DNA of 63,671 nucleotides, filler included, from Octopus bimaculoides (lineage: Eukaryota): assembly GCF_001194135.2 (NCBI RefSeq). It is 4 parts of 4 records of this genome, joined end to end, with 100 filler letters (N's around TTAATTAATTAA, not from the genome) between each part and the next. Parts side by side here need not be neighbours in the genome. Positions count along the whole stretch, not along the records: positions 1 to 27,319 come from NC_068999.1; positions 27,420 to 55,278 come from NC_068981.1; 2 more parts are not named here. The stretch is one strand, 5' to 3'. The stretch's first letter is position 1, and every line of letters begins with the position of its first letter. The notes beneath the pieces are model-generated. The model was given only the letters and a program-made list of their open reading frames with translations, ran no database searches and was not told the origin of the DNA. Made by a program: the position numbers and the translations under genes. Positions 25,701 to 35,762 of the stretch are shown one piece after another.

Positions 25701-25891
25701 TTTTTTAATTTGCAGATGAGGAATATCTGAAAGTTGTGTTAAGTGACAACAGAATGCAAGGAGCAGTCCTCATTGGAGAGACCGATATGGAGGAAACGTT
25801 TGAAAATCTCATTCTTAACCAAATGGATCTCACCTGTTTTAAGGAAAATCTTTTAGAACCTGGAATTGACGTGGATGACTTTTTTGATTAA
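13846..25891 (+). CDS. PYROXD1: Pyridine nucleotide-disulfide oxidoreductase domain-containing protein 1, complete gene; 14 coding exons, 1467 nt, 488 aa
   Basis: Exons 13846-13914, 16323-16403, 18012-18131, 18597-18668, 19665-19718, 20265-20338, 21506-21666, 22592-22677, 23284-23410, 24243-24355, 24590-24712, 25084-25221, 25338-25410, 25716-25891. All GT-AG and phase-compatible. Motifs [48 protein letters not shown] and C-terminal [21 protein letters not shown]...DDFFD match PYROXD1. Confidence 0.97.
16323..16403 (+). CDS. PYROXD1: PYROXD1 exon 2 ([27 protein letters not shown])
   Basis: tttcAG acceptor, GTAAAT donor, KAVTNF motif. Confidence 0.93.
17745..17896. mobile_element. hAT-type MITE (152 bp) in PYROXD1 intron 2
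   Basis: GC-rich insert with imperfect TIRs (CATTAGCATAGC / CTACCTACACTAGTG) and an 8-bp TSD GTTCTGAT (17737-44) / GTTCTGAC (17897-904). Confidence 0.75.
18012..18131 (+). CDS. PYROXD1: PYROXD1 exon 3 ([12 protein letters not shown]...SVEQ)
   Basis: AG/GT, 120 nt, FDVEE motif. Confidence 0.93.
18597..18668 (+). CDS. PYROXD1: PYROXD1 exon 4 ([24 protein letters not shown])
   Basis: AG/GTGAGT; [12 protein letters not shown] motif. Confidence 0.93.
19665..19718 (+). CDS. PYROXD1: PYROXD1 exon 5 ([18 protein letters not shown])
   Basis: AG/GTGAGT; PYVLGIRDT motif. Confidence 0.93.
19760..19990 (-). mobile_element. Abundant SINE (GACTGCGGCCATGCTGGAGCACCGCC family)
   Basis: Related copies near 15100-15270 (+), 16700-16910 (+) and 28570-28740 (-), with fragments near 2555 and 4330. 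Confidence 0.75.
20265..20338 (+). CDS. PYROXD1: PYROXD1 exon 6 ([25 protein letters not shown])
   Basis: AG/GTAAGT; NAD(P)-binding GNGGIA motif. Confidence 0.94.
21506..21666 (+). CDS. PYROXD1: PYROXD1 exon 7 ([15 protein letters not shown]...DAGAGEF...)
   Basis: AG/GTGAAT; phase 2 in, phase 1 out. Confidence 0.92.
21880..22362 (+). mobile_element. RTE-clade LINE 3' fragment with shared SINE-like tail ending (GAT)n
   Basis: [19 protein letters not shown]-like relic peptide, then the GGCATTAGGAAAGACATCCAGC tail seen many times in the window. Confidence 0.65.
22592..22677 (+). CDS. PYROXD1: PYROXD1 exon 8 ([28 protein letters not shown])
   Basis: ttttcAG/GTAAGT; ALGPDW motif. Confidence 0.92.
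22750..23183. mobile_element. Mariner-derived MITE in PYROXD1 intron 8
   Basis: TIRs ...GAAAAGTTCCTG (left, about 22766-22777) and CAGGAACTTTTCGGCACCCCTTTG-TA (23158-23183). Confidence 0.65.
22927..23150. mobile_element. piggyBac-type MITE nested in the mariner MITE
   Basis: TTAA-TCCTTTCGTTAC ... GTAACGAAAGGG-TTAA; TTAA duplications at 22923-26 and 23151-54. Confidence 0.8.
23284..23410 (+). CDS. PYROXD1: PYROXD1 exon 9 ([16 protein letters not shown]...)
   Basis: tacAG/GTATGG; phase 0 in, phase 1 out. Confidence 0.9.
24243..24355 (+). CDS. PYROXD1: PYROXD1 exon 10 ([28 protein letters not shown]...)
   Basis: AG/GTAAGT; [12 protein letters not shown] motif. Confidence 0.95.
24590..24712 (+). 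CDS. PYROXD1: PYROXD1 exon 11 ([11 protein letters not shown]...FAAGDVCT...WFQ)
   Basis: AG/GTAAGT; AAGD FAD-binding motif. Confidence 0.95.
25084..25221 (+). CDS. PYROXD1: PYROXD1 exon 12 ([18 protein letters not shown]...[14 protein letters not shown])
   Basis: AG/GTAAAT; highly conserved motif. Confidence 0.95.
25338..25410 (+). CDS. PYROXD1: PYROXD1 exon 13 ([24 protein letters not shown])
   Basis: ctccAG/GTAGGT; phase 1 out. Confidence 0.94.
25515..25560 (+). ncRNA. Minimal type I hammerhead ribozyme motif in PYROXD1 intron 13
   Basis: Stem I AAAACTCT/ACAGTTTT (7 of 8 bp); core CTGACGA 25523-29; stem II ATG-GGAA-CGT; GAAA 25540-43; helix III ACTC-T-GAGT; GUA cleavage triplet 25550-52; AATAAA at 25583. 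Confidence 0.7.
25716..25891 (+). CDS. PYROXD1: PYROXD1 exon 14 (EEYLKVV...[21 protein letters not shown]...VDDFFD*)
   Basis: tgcAG acceptor; TAA at 25889-91. Confidence 0.95.
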
Positions 25892-25894
25892 AGC

Positions 25895-26023
25895 TTTATT
25901 ATTTTTATTATTATTATTTTTATTATTATTTTTATTATTATTTTTATTATTATTTTTATTATTATTTTTATTATTATTATTTTTATTATTATTTTTATTA
26001 TTATTTTTATTATTATTATTTTT

Positions 26024-26054
<31 letters not shown>

Positions 26055-26387
26055 TTATTTTTATTATTATTTTTATTATTATTTTTATTATTATTTTTAT
26101 TATTATTTTTATTATTATNNNNNNNNNNNNNNNNNNNNNNNNNNNNNNNNNNNNNNNNNNNNNNNNNNNNNNNNNNNNNNNNNNNNNNNNNNNNNNNNNN
26201 NNNNNNNNNNNNNNNNNNNNNNNNNNNNNNNNNNNNNNNNNNNNNNNNNNNNNNNNNNNNNNNNNNNNNNNNNNNNNNNNNNNNNNNNNNNNNNNNNNNN
26301 NNNNNNNNNNNNNNNNNNNNNNNNNNNNNNNNNNNNNNNNNNNNNNNNNNNNNNTTATTATTATTTTTATTATTATTTTTATTATTA

Positions 26388-26429
<42 letters not shown>

Positions 26430-26438
26430 TTTTTATTA

Positions 26439-26476
<38 letters not shown>

Positions 26477-26480
26477 TTAT
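25895..26480. repeat. (TTA)n/(TTTTTA) compound microsatellite at the start of the PYROXD1 3' region
   Basis: Directly visible; spans a gap. Confidence 0.95.
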
Positions 26481-28229
26481 TGCCAAGATGGCGGTAAGCT
26501 GGCAGAATTATTTGTTGGATAAAATGCTTAACAACATTTCGTCCATGTTTAAGTTCTGAGTTCAAATCCTACCGAGGTTTACTGTGCCTTTTATATCCTT
26601 TTGGGGTTGATAAAATAAGTACCAGTTGATCACTGGGGTTGATGTAATCAACTAACCCTGCTCCCCACTTGCAAAATTTCAGGCCTTGTTCCTATACTAT
26701 AAAGGAATATTATTATCAGAGGTGTATACTCTGGGTGTGCTAGGTGTGTGCTGTACACCCATCGAAAATGGCAAATTCATTATAAATATTAACCTGAGTA
26801 ATTAATTTAATTAGAAATCTTAATGGAAAACTTTTGTTATACCCCACCTGCTTGAAATTTGGTAGCATTTGGTATGGCATCACACCCAATGCAACAACCA
26901 CCATACATCACTGATTGTTATTATTGTCAAGAAGGGGTCGATCTAATCGACTGGCCCCCTACCCCAAAATTTCGGGCCTTGTGCCTAGAGTAGAAAGGAT
27001 TATTATTGTTGTCAAGATGGTGGTGAGCTGGCAGAATTGTTATCACGATGGGTGAAATGCTTAGCGGTATTTTGTCTGTCTTTATGTTCTGAGTTCAAAT
27101 TCCACTGAGGTTGACTTTGCCTTTCATCTTTTTTGGGTTGATAAATTAAGTACCTGTTGCATACTGGGGTCAATATAATCAACTAGCCCCCTTCCCCGAA
27201 ATTTCAGGCCTTGTGCCTAGAGTAGGAGTTCAAATGTTGTTGAAGTCAATTTTGTCTTTCATCCTTTTAAAGTTGATAAAATGAAATACCAGTGAAATAC
27301 TGGGGCGAATGGTATTGATNNNNNNNNNNNNNNNNNNNNNNNNNNNNNNNNNNNNNNNNNNNNTTAATTAATTAANNNNNNNNNNNNNNNNNNNNNNNNN
27401 NNNNNNNNNNNNNNNNNNNTACTTAAAACTTCATTATTTCTTTCTTGGTAAACTGACATTTGAATGTTCGGACGCGTGCTACTTGCTGTAAAAGGAGCGA
27501 GGTTATCCATGTAATACAAAAAGAAAATTGCAGATAAGTTGAATGTAAAAGTGAAAAATAATCATTGAATACTGAAAAAACATTCACCTCCCCTAACTTT
27601 AAACCCTAACCCTTAATAAAATATGGGAAAAGCTGAAGATGAATGTTTTGAAAACATTCTGAACTATCTTTCAGAATGGTTTACTTTTCAATGAAATGTC
27701 ATTTTGTTATTTTTCATGTTTTTATTCAATTAATCTGCAATTTTCTTCTTGTATTAGATGGATAACCCACCCTCCATTTACAGTAAGTAGCGAGCATCTC
27801 GTTTTTTACCTGAGTGCTAAATTTGACTACTTACGACTAACACGGGCACATGCGCAAATTTGTGCATACTCCCAGAACTCGGATCCACACTTCTCCAGTA
27901 GTGCCAAATTTTGAAACTGAGTTTGCACCCCCTAAGCAAATTTTGTTCCCGGGCCACTGCCTACAAGCCCACTTTTTAGCTCGTCATTCTACTCATGACA
28001 TTTTGTTATCCGATCATTATACCAAATCAAAGCAACCCATCACACAGCAACCTCTTCCTCCATAATCCACTCTCATTTTAAGAAATCTAATGCTTGGCGT
28101 TTCATCACTCATACGCTGACTACAGATATAAGCTTCCACTTTGGGCTATTAGTGATAACTAAGCGGCTTAAGGCTTCTATCCTCTTAGGTTTGTCCCTCC
28201 ATATCTTTCACACAACCCAAAATGTTTAA

Positions 28230-28558
28230 GGGATCCGAGCGCAGCCACACAGTAGCTATCACATGTGATCATGTGACCAACAAGGCTATCAGATGTTGTT
28301 ACACATCACTCGTTACAATGTGCTATTGCATTGCTTTAGCCTTCAAATGACGCCACTCCTGATTGAAAGAGAGACTGGAGCAACGGGAAATGAAGTGTTT
28401 TGCTCAAGAACACAACGCGCCGCCCAGTCACTAGGATACGCGCCTTAACACTGTAGCTGTATTAGTGAGAAAACTGCCGACAACATTTGGAAGAAGGCTC
28501 CTAGCATTCTTTCAAATGATCACGTGTGATAGCTACAGTGTGGCTGCGCTCGGATCTC
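28230..28558. mobile_element. TTAA-flanked MITE, Kolobok-like
   Basis: TTAA-GGGATCCGAGCGCAGCCACAC... and ...GTGTGGCTGCGCTCGGATCTC-TTAA; inverted repeat 28220-28272 vs 28516-28568 with 3 mismatches in 53 bp. RR termini plus TTAA fit Kolobok. Confidence 0.6.
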
Positions 28559-28805
28559 TTAAACATTTGACAACCGATGCTGATGTGTTTACGTCCCCGT
28601 AACCTAGCGGTTCGGCAAAAGAAACCAATTGAATAAGTACTAGGCTTACAAAGAATAACTCCTAGGGTCGATTTGTACGACTAAAGGCTGTGCTCCAGCA
28701 TGACCGCAGTCAGATGACTGAAACAAATAAAAGAAGAAAACGATATTTGATAGAGTGTCTACTTTTGTCATGTGTGGGTATACATGCATATATATACATA
28801 CATGC

Positions 28806-28904
<99 letters not shown>

Positions 28905-28960
28905 AGGAAAATGCGACAAGGTAGGAAATTCTAAAATAATTTTATCATCAAGAACATTTT

Positions 28961-28994
28961 AGTACCAGTTTCAGTCTTTGCGGCTTTTTCAACT
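28961..28994 (-). ncRNA. Hammerhead-like motif with U3-A8 variant core
   Basis: Minus strand AG-TTGAAAA-AGCC(GCAAA)GACT-GAAA-CTGGT-A-CT; stem II has one mismatch and stem I is only 2 bp. Confidence 0.4.
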
Positions 28995-29203
28995 TGGAGT
29001 AAAGCATGAAAAACAATTAAATTGTGGAAAAATTAAATTAAATGTTTTTTAAAAATATTTCCACAGTTTTCAAATGCAAGGGACATTTTCCTTTTTTCTG
29101 TCTGTCTGTCTGTCTCTTTTTTACTCTTGTGAGAGCATGTAGCAGATAGTAACAGTCGTAATATTTGATATAGTGCGTGTGTTTATTTGGCAAAAAATCA
29201 ATA

Positions 29204-29380
29204 AATAAATAAAATAACCGTCCCAAAATACAACAGTATCTGTTTCAACACACTATTTCATGTAACACACACACACACACATATTGTTACATTTATCAAT
29301 TTGTTTTGCAAGATTCCTTATGTGAAATCGTGTGCTGAAACATATATTGTATTTCGGAACGGACGGTCATTTTATTTATT
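29204..29380. mobile_element. Small foldback element/MITE with about 50-bp imperfect inverted arms
   Basis: AATAAAATAACCGTCC...AAATACAA...TGTTTCAACACA vs TGTGCTGAAACA...TTGTATTT...GGACGGTCATTTTATT. Confidence 0.55.
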
Positions 29381-29697
29381 ATAAGTCTATATAAGGACTT
29401 AATGCAGTAGTAAAACAGAAATGGAAAAAATACTTGCGGTACAATTGTAAGTATTGTTTAGGTATATATAGGCTATGACAGGTGGAAAAAGAAAAAAGAA
29501 AAAATATATAAATGAAAGAAAGGAATGACAAAAGGAAGGAAGGAATACGGAGAGAAAGAAACAAAAGAAGAGAGGAAGAAATGAAGAAAAACATAATCTT
29601 ACTTCACTGATTTGTTGCATAACACATACTTTTACACCTGTGTATGTATACGTATATATGTGTGAGTGGTGCATGTGTGTGAGCGTGTGTTTGTGTC

Positions 29698-29976
29698 GCC
29701 TCTTCCGACTATCGTATCTTTGGACCCCTCAGAAATGCTTTACGAGGTCGTCAATTTCCTACGGATGAAGATGTGAAGAAAGCGGTGCATAAATGGTTGC
29801 ACAGGCAACAGAAAACCTTTTTCTTGGAGGGAATACATAAACTTGTGGACCTCTGGATCAAATGCATCGAAAAGGAAGGAGATTATATAGAAAAATGACG
29901 TACTTGTTTATCCCCTGCTTTTGTGTAAATTCATTAAAAAAACAAGAGTGCGTATAATTTTTGACTCTCCCTCGCA
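29698..29976 (+). mobile_element. Mariner transposase C-terminal fragment plus right TIR
   Basis: ASSDYRIFGPLRNALRGRQF...WIKCIEKEGDYIEK* (29698-29898), followed by ATAATTTTTGACTCTCCCTCGCA-TA. Confidence 0.85.
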
Positions 29977-30187
29977 TATGTATGTATGTATGTATATATA
30001 ATTTGGACAAATACGTATAATTCGATGAGTGCGTTGAGTAGAGAACCGGCACAGTTTAGGCTACCTGTTGTCATCCGCAGTTGTGGTACACTACCGTTGA
30101 ATCTACTTCAGGAACTCCGTGGTGGCAGTTAAGGTAATAGTATTAATTTCATAGTAGGAGATGGATTTCGTATTAGACCTTTATTAG

Positions 30188-30232
30188 GTACAACATATGT
30201 TTCGACCTTTCAGTCTGGGTCTCTTCAAGTAC
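30188..30232 (-). ncRNA. Minimal type I hammerhead motif with U3 variant
   Basis: Minus strand GTAC-TTGAAGA-GACC(cagactgaaa)GGTC-GAAA-CATATGT-T-GTAC, then AATAAA (30185-30180). Confidence 0.6.
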
Positions 30233-30233
30233 A

Positions 30234-30268
<35 letters not shown>

Positions 30269-30386
30269 GAATCATTATTATCATGTAATCTCCTGTATTA
30301 ATTTCGCTAGGAAATGATTCTTGTTAAATCCTTTCTCTTATTTTTCAGTGTTCTTGATCATCACAGCAATACTTTTAGACAATATT

Positions 30387-30596
30387 CTTTACTACTCAAG
30401 GCACAAGGCCCGAAATTTTGGGAGGGGGCCAGTCGCTTAGATCGACCCAGTACGCAACTGGTACTTTATTTATCGACTCCAAAAGGATGAAAGGCAAAGT
30501 CGACCTCGGCAGAGTTTGAACTCAGAACGTAAAGCCTGACGAAATACCGCTAAACATTTCGCTCGGCTTGCTAACGTTTCAGCTAGCTCGCTCCCT
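30387..30596 (-). mobile_element. Young SINE with an 18-bp target-site duplication
   Basis: ATACTTTTAGACAATATT at 30369-86 and 30597-614. Same family as copies near 700-890, 15408, 16455, 26480, 27010, 37540 and 49425. Confidence 0.9.
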
Positions 30597-31699
30597 ATAC
30601 TTTTAGACAATATTAATAAGCCAGTCAGTTAAATCGAAACACCATTTTACATGGATGTAGGCGTGGCCCAAAGTATAATCTAAGAGATTGACAATTAGGC
30701 TTTCTACTTAGTCGTGGCTGTTTTACGCGTAATATATACATCTATACGAGTTGATCGTATGCACTATTCTAGATACATTACTTTGCGTGACCTAAGCCTC
30801 ACAGAATGAAATTTAAAACATTAAACGGAAAACGTAGGTTATCAATCAGTTTAGATTTAGCAATAAATTTAAATGAATAACATATCGTGACAAATGGGCA
30901 AATTCGATCTTCGTAAAGATGAACGTATAACTAAACAGTAATTAATCACTGAATATTTAAAATGAAACTATCTATTACTCCAATGAGTCCGAAAATTGAA
31001 ATATGTATTCCAATCTTGTAGCATTTAGAATATCTTTATAATGTTTCCGTATTTTATAACATATCCGGTCTTGAAGTGAATCTGCAAAATTTCTTTTTTT
31101 TTTCGCAATCACATTTGCTGTTGGTACTACTTCTAATTTAATTCTGCACAGATGCAAAAGCAACCATCTTCAAACTCCTCGTTTCCATTTTTACCTGTGA
31201 CACCACCACGTGTAACACTATCGCTAGTTGTGAAAGCATCTTCAATATTTCCAGTTCAACAAAGAGACTGCCATATATGTGGTTCAAAAGTCTCAGCAAC
31301 AATTTTTCTTTAAATATCTCACACACTAACAACTAATTATTTGGCTATCTCCTTTCATTCTCATGTTTGACGCCTGTTTTCTATCGTTTGATCTACCCTA
31401 CTATCATATCATCAAGTTATATAAGTATATAGATGTGTAGTGTATGTAGGGGTGTATGGGAATGTATAGGTGGAGTAATACCTTTACCGGAGAACATGTG
31501 GTACTCTTCGAAGTAGTTCGCCCGCTTTGTTCCTAACCAGACACCTAGTTCTCACTTGTGGCTCTTCGAAACTGCCTGATTGCAACAGCGCCCCCTCCAA
31601 CCCCAACCGACAATGGCTTCCACAAGCCAGCTAAACCATGGTGAGGTTAGCCGACGGCTCTCAAACCCTCAGTGAGCTGTTCGATGAGAAGCATGAACC

Positions 31700-32558
31700 C
31701 ACAGAGTAGGTAGCTGAATTTAGGATGGAAATGGAGAGTCCTTAAGATGACCCAAGGTATTGAAACTTTCACCACCGAGGAAAACATTGATCGTGTTCCT
31801 CACATGGTGATCGATGACAGGCGATTAGCATATCCCGTAAGAGAGCTGAAAATATTCTGCACGATGAACTTGGCATGACGAAGGTTTCTGCTCGGTGGGT
31901 GCCATGTCTTCTGAGATCTCATCAAAAGTGTACGAAGCTGATACATCATGTGAAAATCTTACATTGTTTGAAGCACATCTGGCTGATTTCCTTGAACGTT
32001 TTCTAATTCAGGATGAGTACTGGCTTCGTCACTTTAAGCTAGAGACAAAGAGATAATCTGTGCAGTGGAAACATCCCTCCTCACTCTCACCAAAGAAGGC
32101 CAAGGTCGTTTCATCTGCAGGGAAGGTGATGGCCTCTGTTTTTGGGATGCAAAAAGCATTGTGTCTATTGACACCATCAATGGAGAATGCTGAGACAGTT
32201 ACGAAAGGTTATCAAGACCAAACACCAAGGAAAACTGACGAAAGGGGTCCCAGTTCAAAGTCCTTGGTTTCAATGGCTGTTGTGCGTCATTGTGGCTTTG
32301 AACTGGTTAATCACACCCCCCTATTTAGTTTCATCTGACGATCATCTATTCCCAACATGAAACGACGTAATGATGACTTCATATCTCCTGTTGGTGATTC
32401 TTTTGACCAAGAGAATGAATGCTTCTTCACCAATGAGATCCAAGAACTGCAACAACGATGTAGGAAGTGTGGGGACTGTGTTGAAAAATAAACCACAATT
32501 GGTCAAATTCCATGGGAGTATCTTGGTCAGCCTACGAACTTTTCAGCTGACCGTTGTA
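31700..32558 (+). mobile_element. Decayed mariner transposon
   Basis: Relic motifs KVSARWVP, QWKHPSS.SPKKAKVVSSAGKVMASVF; right end GAACTTTTCAGCTGACCGTTG-TA. Confidence 0.85.
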
Positions 32559-33266
32559 CTGAACAAGTGTCTGATCAATCATACAAATATTTGTTTAAGG
32601 TATATCGCCTGTTAAATCTTTAAGAACATTAATACAATATTACTAAATAATACAACATATTATTGATTATATAACTAAAACAAACTCAAATTGAAAGGGT
32701 ATTTTTTTAATGTTTTATTTAAATCAAATATAAGTAAATAGAAAGGAAAATGATTGAACTGCATATAAAAAATCGACAAATACTTGGGAATTTCCAAAAT
32801 TGACAGAGTTTACCTCCAGTATATTATCACATTACTTACTCCGTATACCTAATTCCCTAGTATGAATTAAAATACTCTTTATCTCCATATAATGTCGTGT
32901 ATGCAATACAATAATTTTTTAATTGCTTTAGATAAAAAAAAAAAGCTCAGCTCAGTTAAACGTAATTAATTACGCCCGAAGTCATTTACATTTAATGGCT
33001 TGCAAACAAGTGCTCTGGTAAACTTAGGTGAGCCTTTTCGGCGTTATGTCTCTTAGAAAATTGACTTTTATTGCAAATGGTAAGTATTCCTAGTGCTTGG
33101 TTATTCAGGAATGAATATGTTCCTTCACGATCCCGTTTCTTTCAGTAGTCTAGATTTAATTGCGTCTTCCTAATATAGTGTCGTGGCGTTACAGAATCAC
33201 GTAAAGATTTTTGCAATCAGTTAGAAAAGCTGTTTCCCATGTGAAAGATGAAATCCTTTTGTTGGA

Positions 33267-33269
<3 letters not shown>

Positions 33270-33317
<48 letters not shown>

Positions 33318-33535
33318 NNNNNNNNNNNNNNNNNNNNNNNNNNNNNNNNNNNNNNNNNNNNNNNNNNNNNNNNNNNNNNNNNNNNNNNNNNNNNNNNNNN
33401 NNNNNNNNNNNNNNNNNNNNNNNNNNNNNNNNNNNNNNNNNNNNNNNNNNNNNNNNNNNNNNNNNNNNNNNNNNNNNNNNNNNNNNNNNNNNNNNNNNNN
33501 NNNNNNNNNNNNNNNNNNNNNNNNNNNNNNNNNNN

Positions 33536-33586
<51 letters not shown>

Positions 33587-33610
33587 TGTGTGTGTGTGTG
33601 TGTGTGTGTG
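33270..33610. repeat. (GT)n/(GCGT)n compound microsatellite
   Basis: Directly visible; other (GT)n tracts at 28815-28885 and 35686-35760. Confidence 0.95.
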
Positions 33611-33859
33611 GTGGCCCTGATTGGCTCTAACCAGGTAACGAATATACTCAAGCTTCTGAATTCATCCCAAGATCATATTTTGGACCGTGGGTGTCATTAC
33701 TAAGGTTTGATGTTGCAAGTATACGAACAAAACTCCAGGCTGAGAGTTATTGTGACCTCGCGGTGCACCAGCACTCTCACCGATTCGCTAAATTCTAAAA
33801 TATATTACTATTCCTGCTGATCTAATTTTCGCTCCTATTCTTGAATACCCGTTAATTCC

Positions 33860-34300
33860 ACACGAATCACACAACCTATACTTTTTCCAAAACAAATTTC
33901 TGCTTAACTAAACTCCATCTTTGCTGCCCAGGCTATACTTCAAAAAGAAGTAATTATGCATATGTAAATTTCACTCACTTCTCTCTCTGATGTATCAGCA
34001 ACAAAAAAATTCCAGTTGCTCTGGCTCAGAGTCTCTTCCCCTACATTTCTAAATTGATTTGATTCTTCTATCGCTCTCCAAATTTCTGCAACCACCAATA
34101 ACTCTTTGATCCTATTTCTTCTTGCATCGACAACATCTATTTCACTTCAATTCTCACTAAAATCATCGTTTTCGGAGATTTCGATGCTCAGTTTTTCTCG
34201 GTTCTCACGTACATCCTATACTGATATTGCTAATGCAGAAATCGACACATTTTTCTATTCAAAAATTCTCAACGTCAGTTTTAGTTTCATTCCGTAGATA
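33860..34300 (+). mobile_element. Decayed APE endonuclease region of a CR1/L2-type LINE
   Basis: Relic peptides FQLLWLRVS, FYRSPN and TKIIVFGDFDAQ (YRSP and GDFN motifs). Confidence 0.6.
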
Positions 34301-35682
34301 CAACCTTAACTTACAGCACAGAAATTTCAAACATCTACAATCTGTTATTTACGGCCAAGCTCAACCTTGACCAAACGGTTACCGTCTCTACAGTGGGGTT
34401 CCTTGCGTGTTAGTTGCACGATGAATAGTTACGATAAAACAGTGGTTGTCCGACCACACAACAATGTACCACGCAACAAACCCCATTTTCCTAAACACTG
34501 TGGCACTTCAAATCATCTCATTTACTAGAACTCAGCTAGTTCTATGTAAACGATACATAGCAATACCTGTTGAACTCATTGACACCCCCCCCCAGAAACA
34601 GTTAAACTCTTAGACATGCCCTTCCACATTCTATGCACAATCAAAACAATCTGCAACAATCCTGTCCAAGTGGTTCCTCTAACCGCGCTACAGTTTTTCA
34701 GGGAAAGAACACGGTTTATGACAATTGAAGAAATCACCCATCTCTACAAGCTAAGACACATCGGTGTCATCAGTTTTGTAAGCAAGTGAAAGTCCTCCAA
34801 AAAGGACCTAAAGTAAATCTCATCTGCGAAAACACGCATGTTAGTTTGCCAAACCACTTCATATTTATCGATATTAAATACTTATCACTTGCAAATATCG
34901 TTAAGGTACACTTTTTCTTTGTAATACAACTCAAAATTGATGTATGCTATACAAATTATACGTATATAAAGAGTATTTTAGTTCATGTTAGAAAACTAGT
35001 TATAAGGAGTAAGTAATCAGCCAATAAATAGGAGGGCTTCGAAATTTACAGTTTAGTTAAGGATTAGTTTATTTTTAGAGTTGTACTTGTCCAGCATGTA
35101 ATTTGATCTCTAACCCTATTTTGACACTGAAGCAATTATACCGTGGAAGAGTCTTTCTAGTCATTTAAAAACATAAAACTGTTAAATGCACTTTTCATTT
35201 ATTTCTTAACGTGCCAAATTTCTTCATCGCACAAGAGCAAAACTGTCATCGAATAAATTTTATATTCCGTACTTCCTTCTGGTTGAGAACCACTCCACAT
35301 GTTCGAACACGAAATGTTTTATGGTATACGAGTTTTCCAACATGAACTGAAATACTCGTATTGTTGAATACTGGACATGCTTTTTTCCATTCTTTTAATC
35401 CGATTTTGTTGGGAGGTTTAGATAGGACTGGATTCAGTGAAAAGAATACAATTGTCTCTTTTTCGTTATGTGTTGTAACTGGTGCGCATTCATATGCAGT
35501 TTTGAAGGTCAGTGAACCCGTACTGATGCTGTGGCTATTTTGATATCTATACTTTGTTTGTGATTGTTTCGACTGAATGAGAAGGATGACATTCTGTGTG
35601 CTTCAGAGTAACTTAGTATGTACTGCCATTGTAGCATCGTCAGTGCTAAAATATTTATAGTGAGCTAAGAAATTGAATATAT

Positions 35683-35762
<80 letters not shown>

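Noticed and set aside
25866-26565. Long poly-Leu and poly-Ile ORFs; likewise the poly-YI, HT, CV and RSFV ORFs elsewhere and all ORFs spanning N runs
   Set aside because: Translations of microsatellites and gaps.
27364-27375. TTAATTAATTAA islands inside N runs (also 55323-55334 and 61585-61596)
   Set aside because: Identical six-frame-stop linker centred in gaps; a scaffolding artefact.
27592-27613. CCTAAC telomere-like words
   Set aside because: Only two or three degenerate units; not an interstitial telomere array.
27626-27675. CTGAAGA followed by hairpin GAATGTT/AACATTC
   Set aside because: Followed by GAAC rather than GAAA, with no room for helix III.
30975-31332. Protein-like short ORFs on both strands (including a CHIC word)
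   Set aside because: No family recognised, stops in adjacent sequence, and no consistent exon chain.
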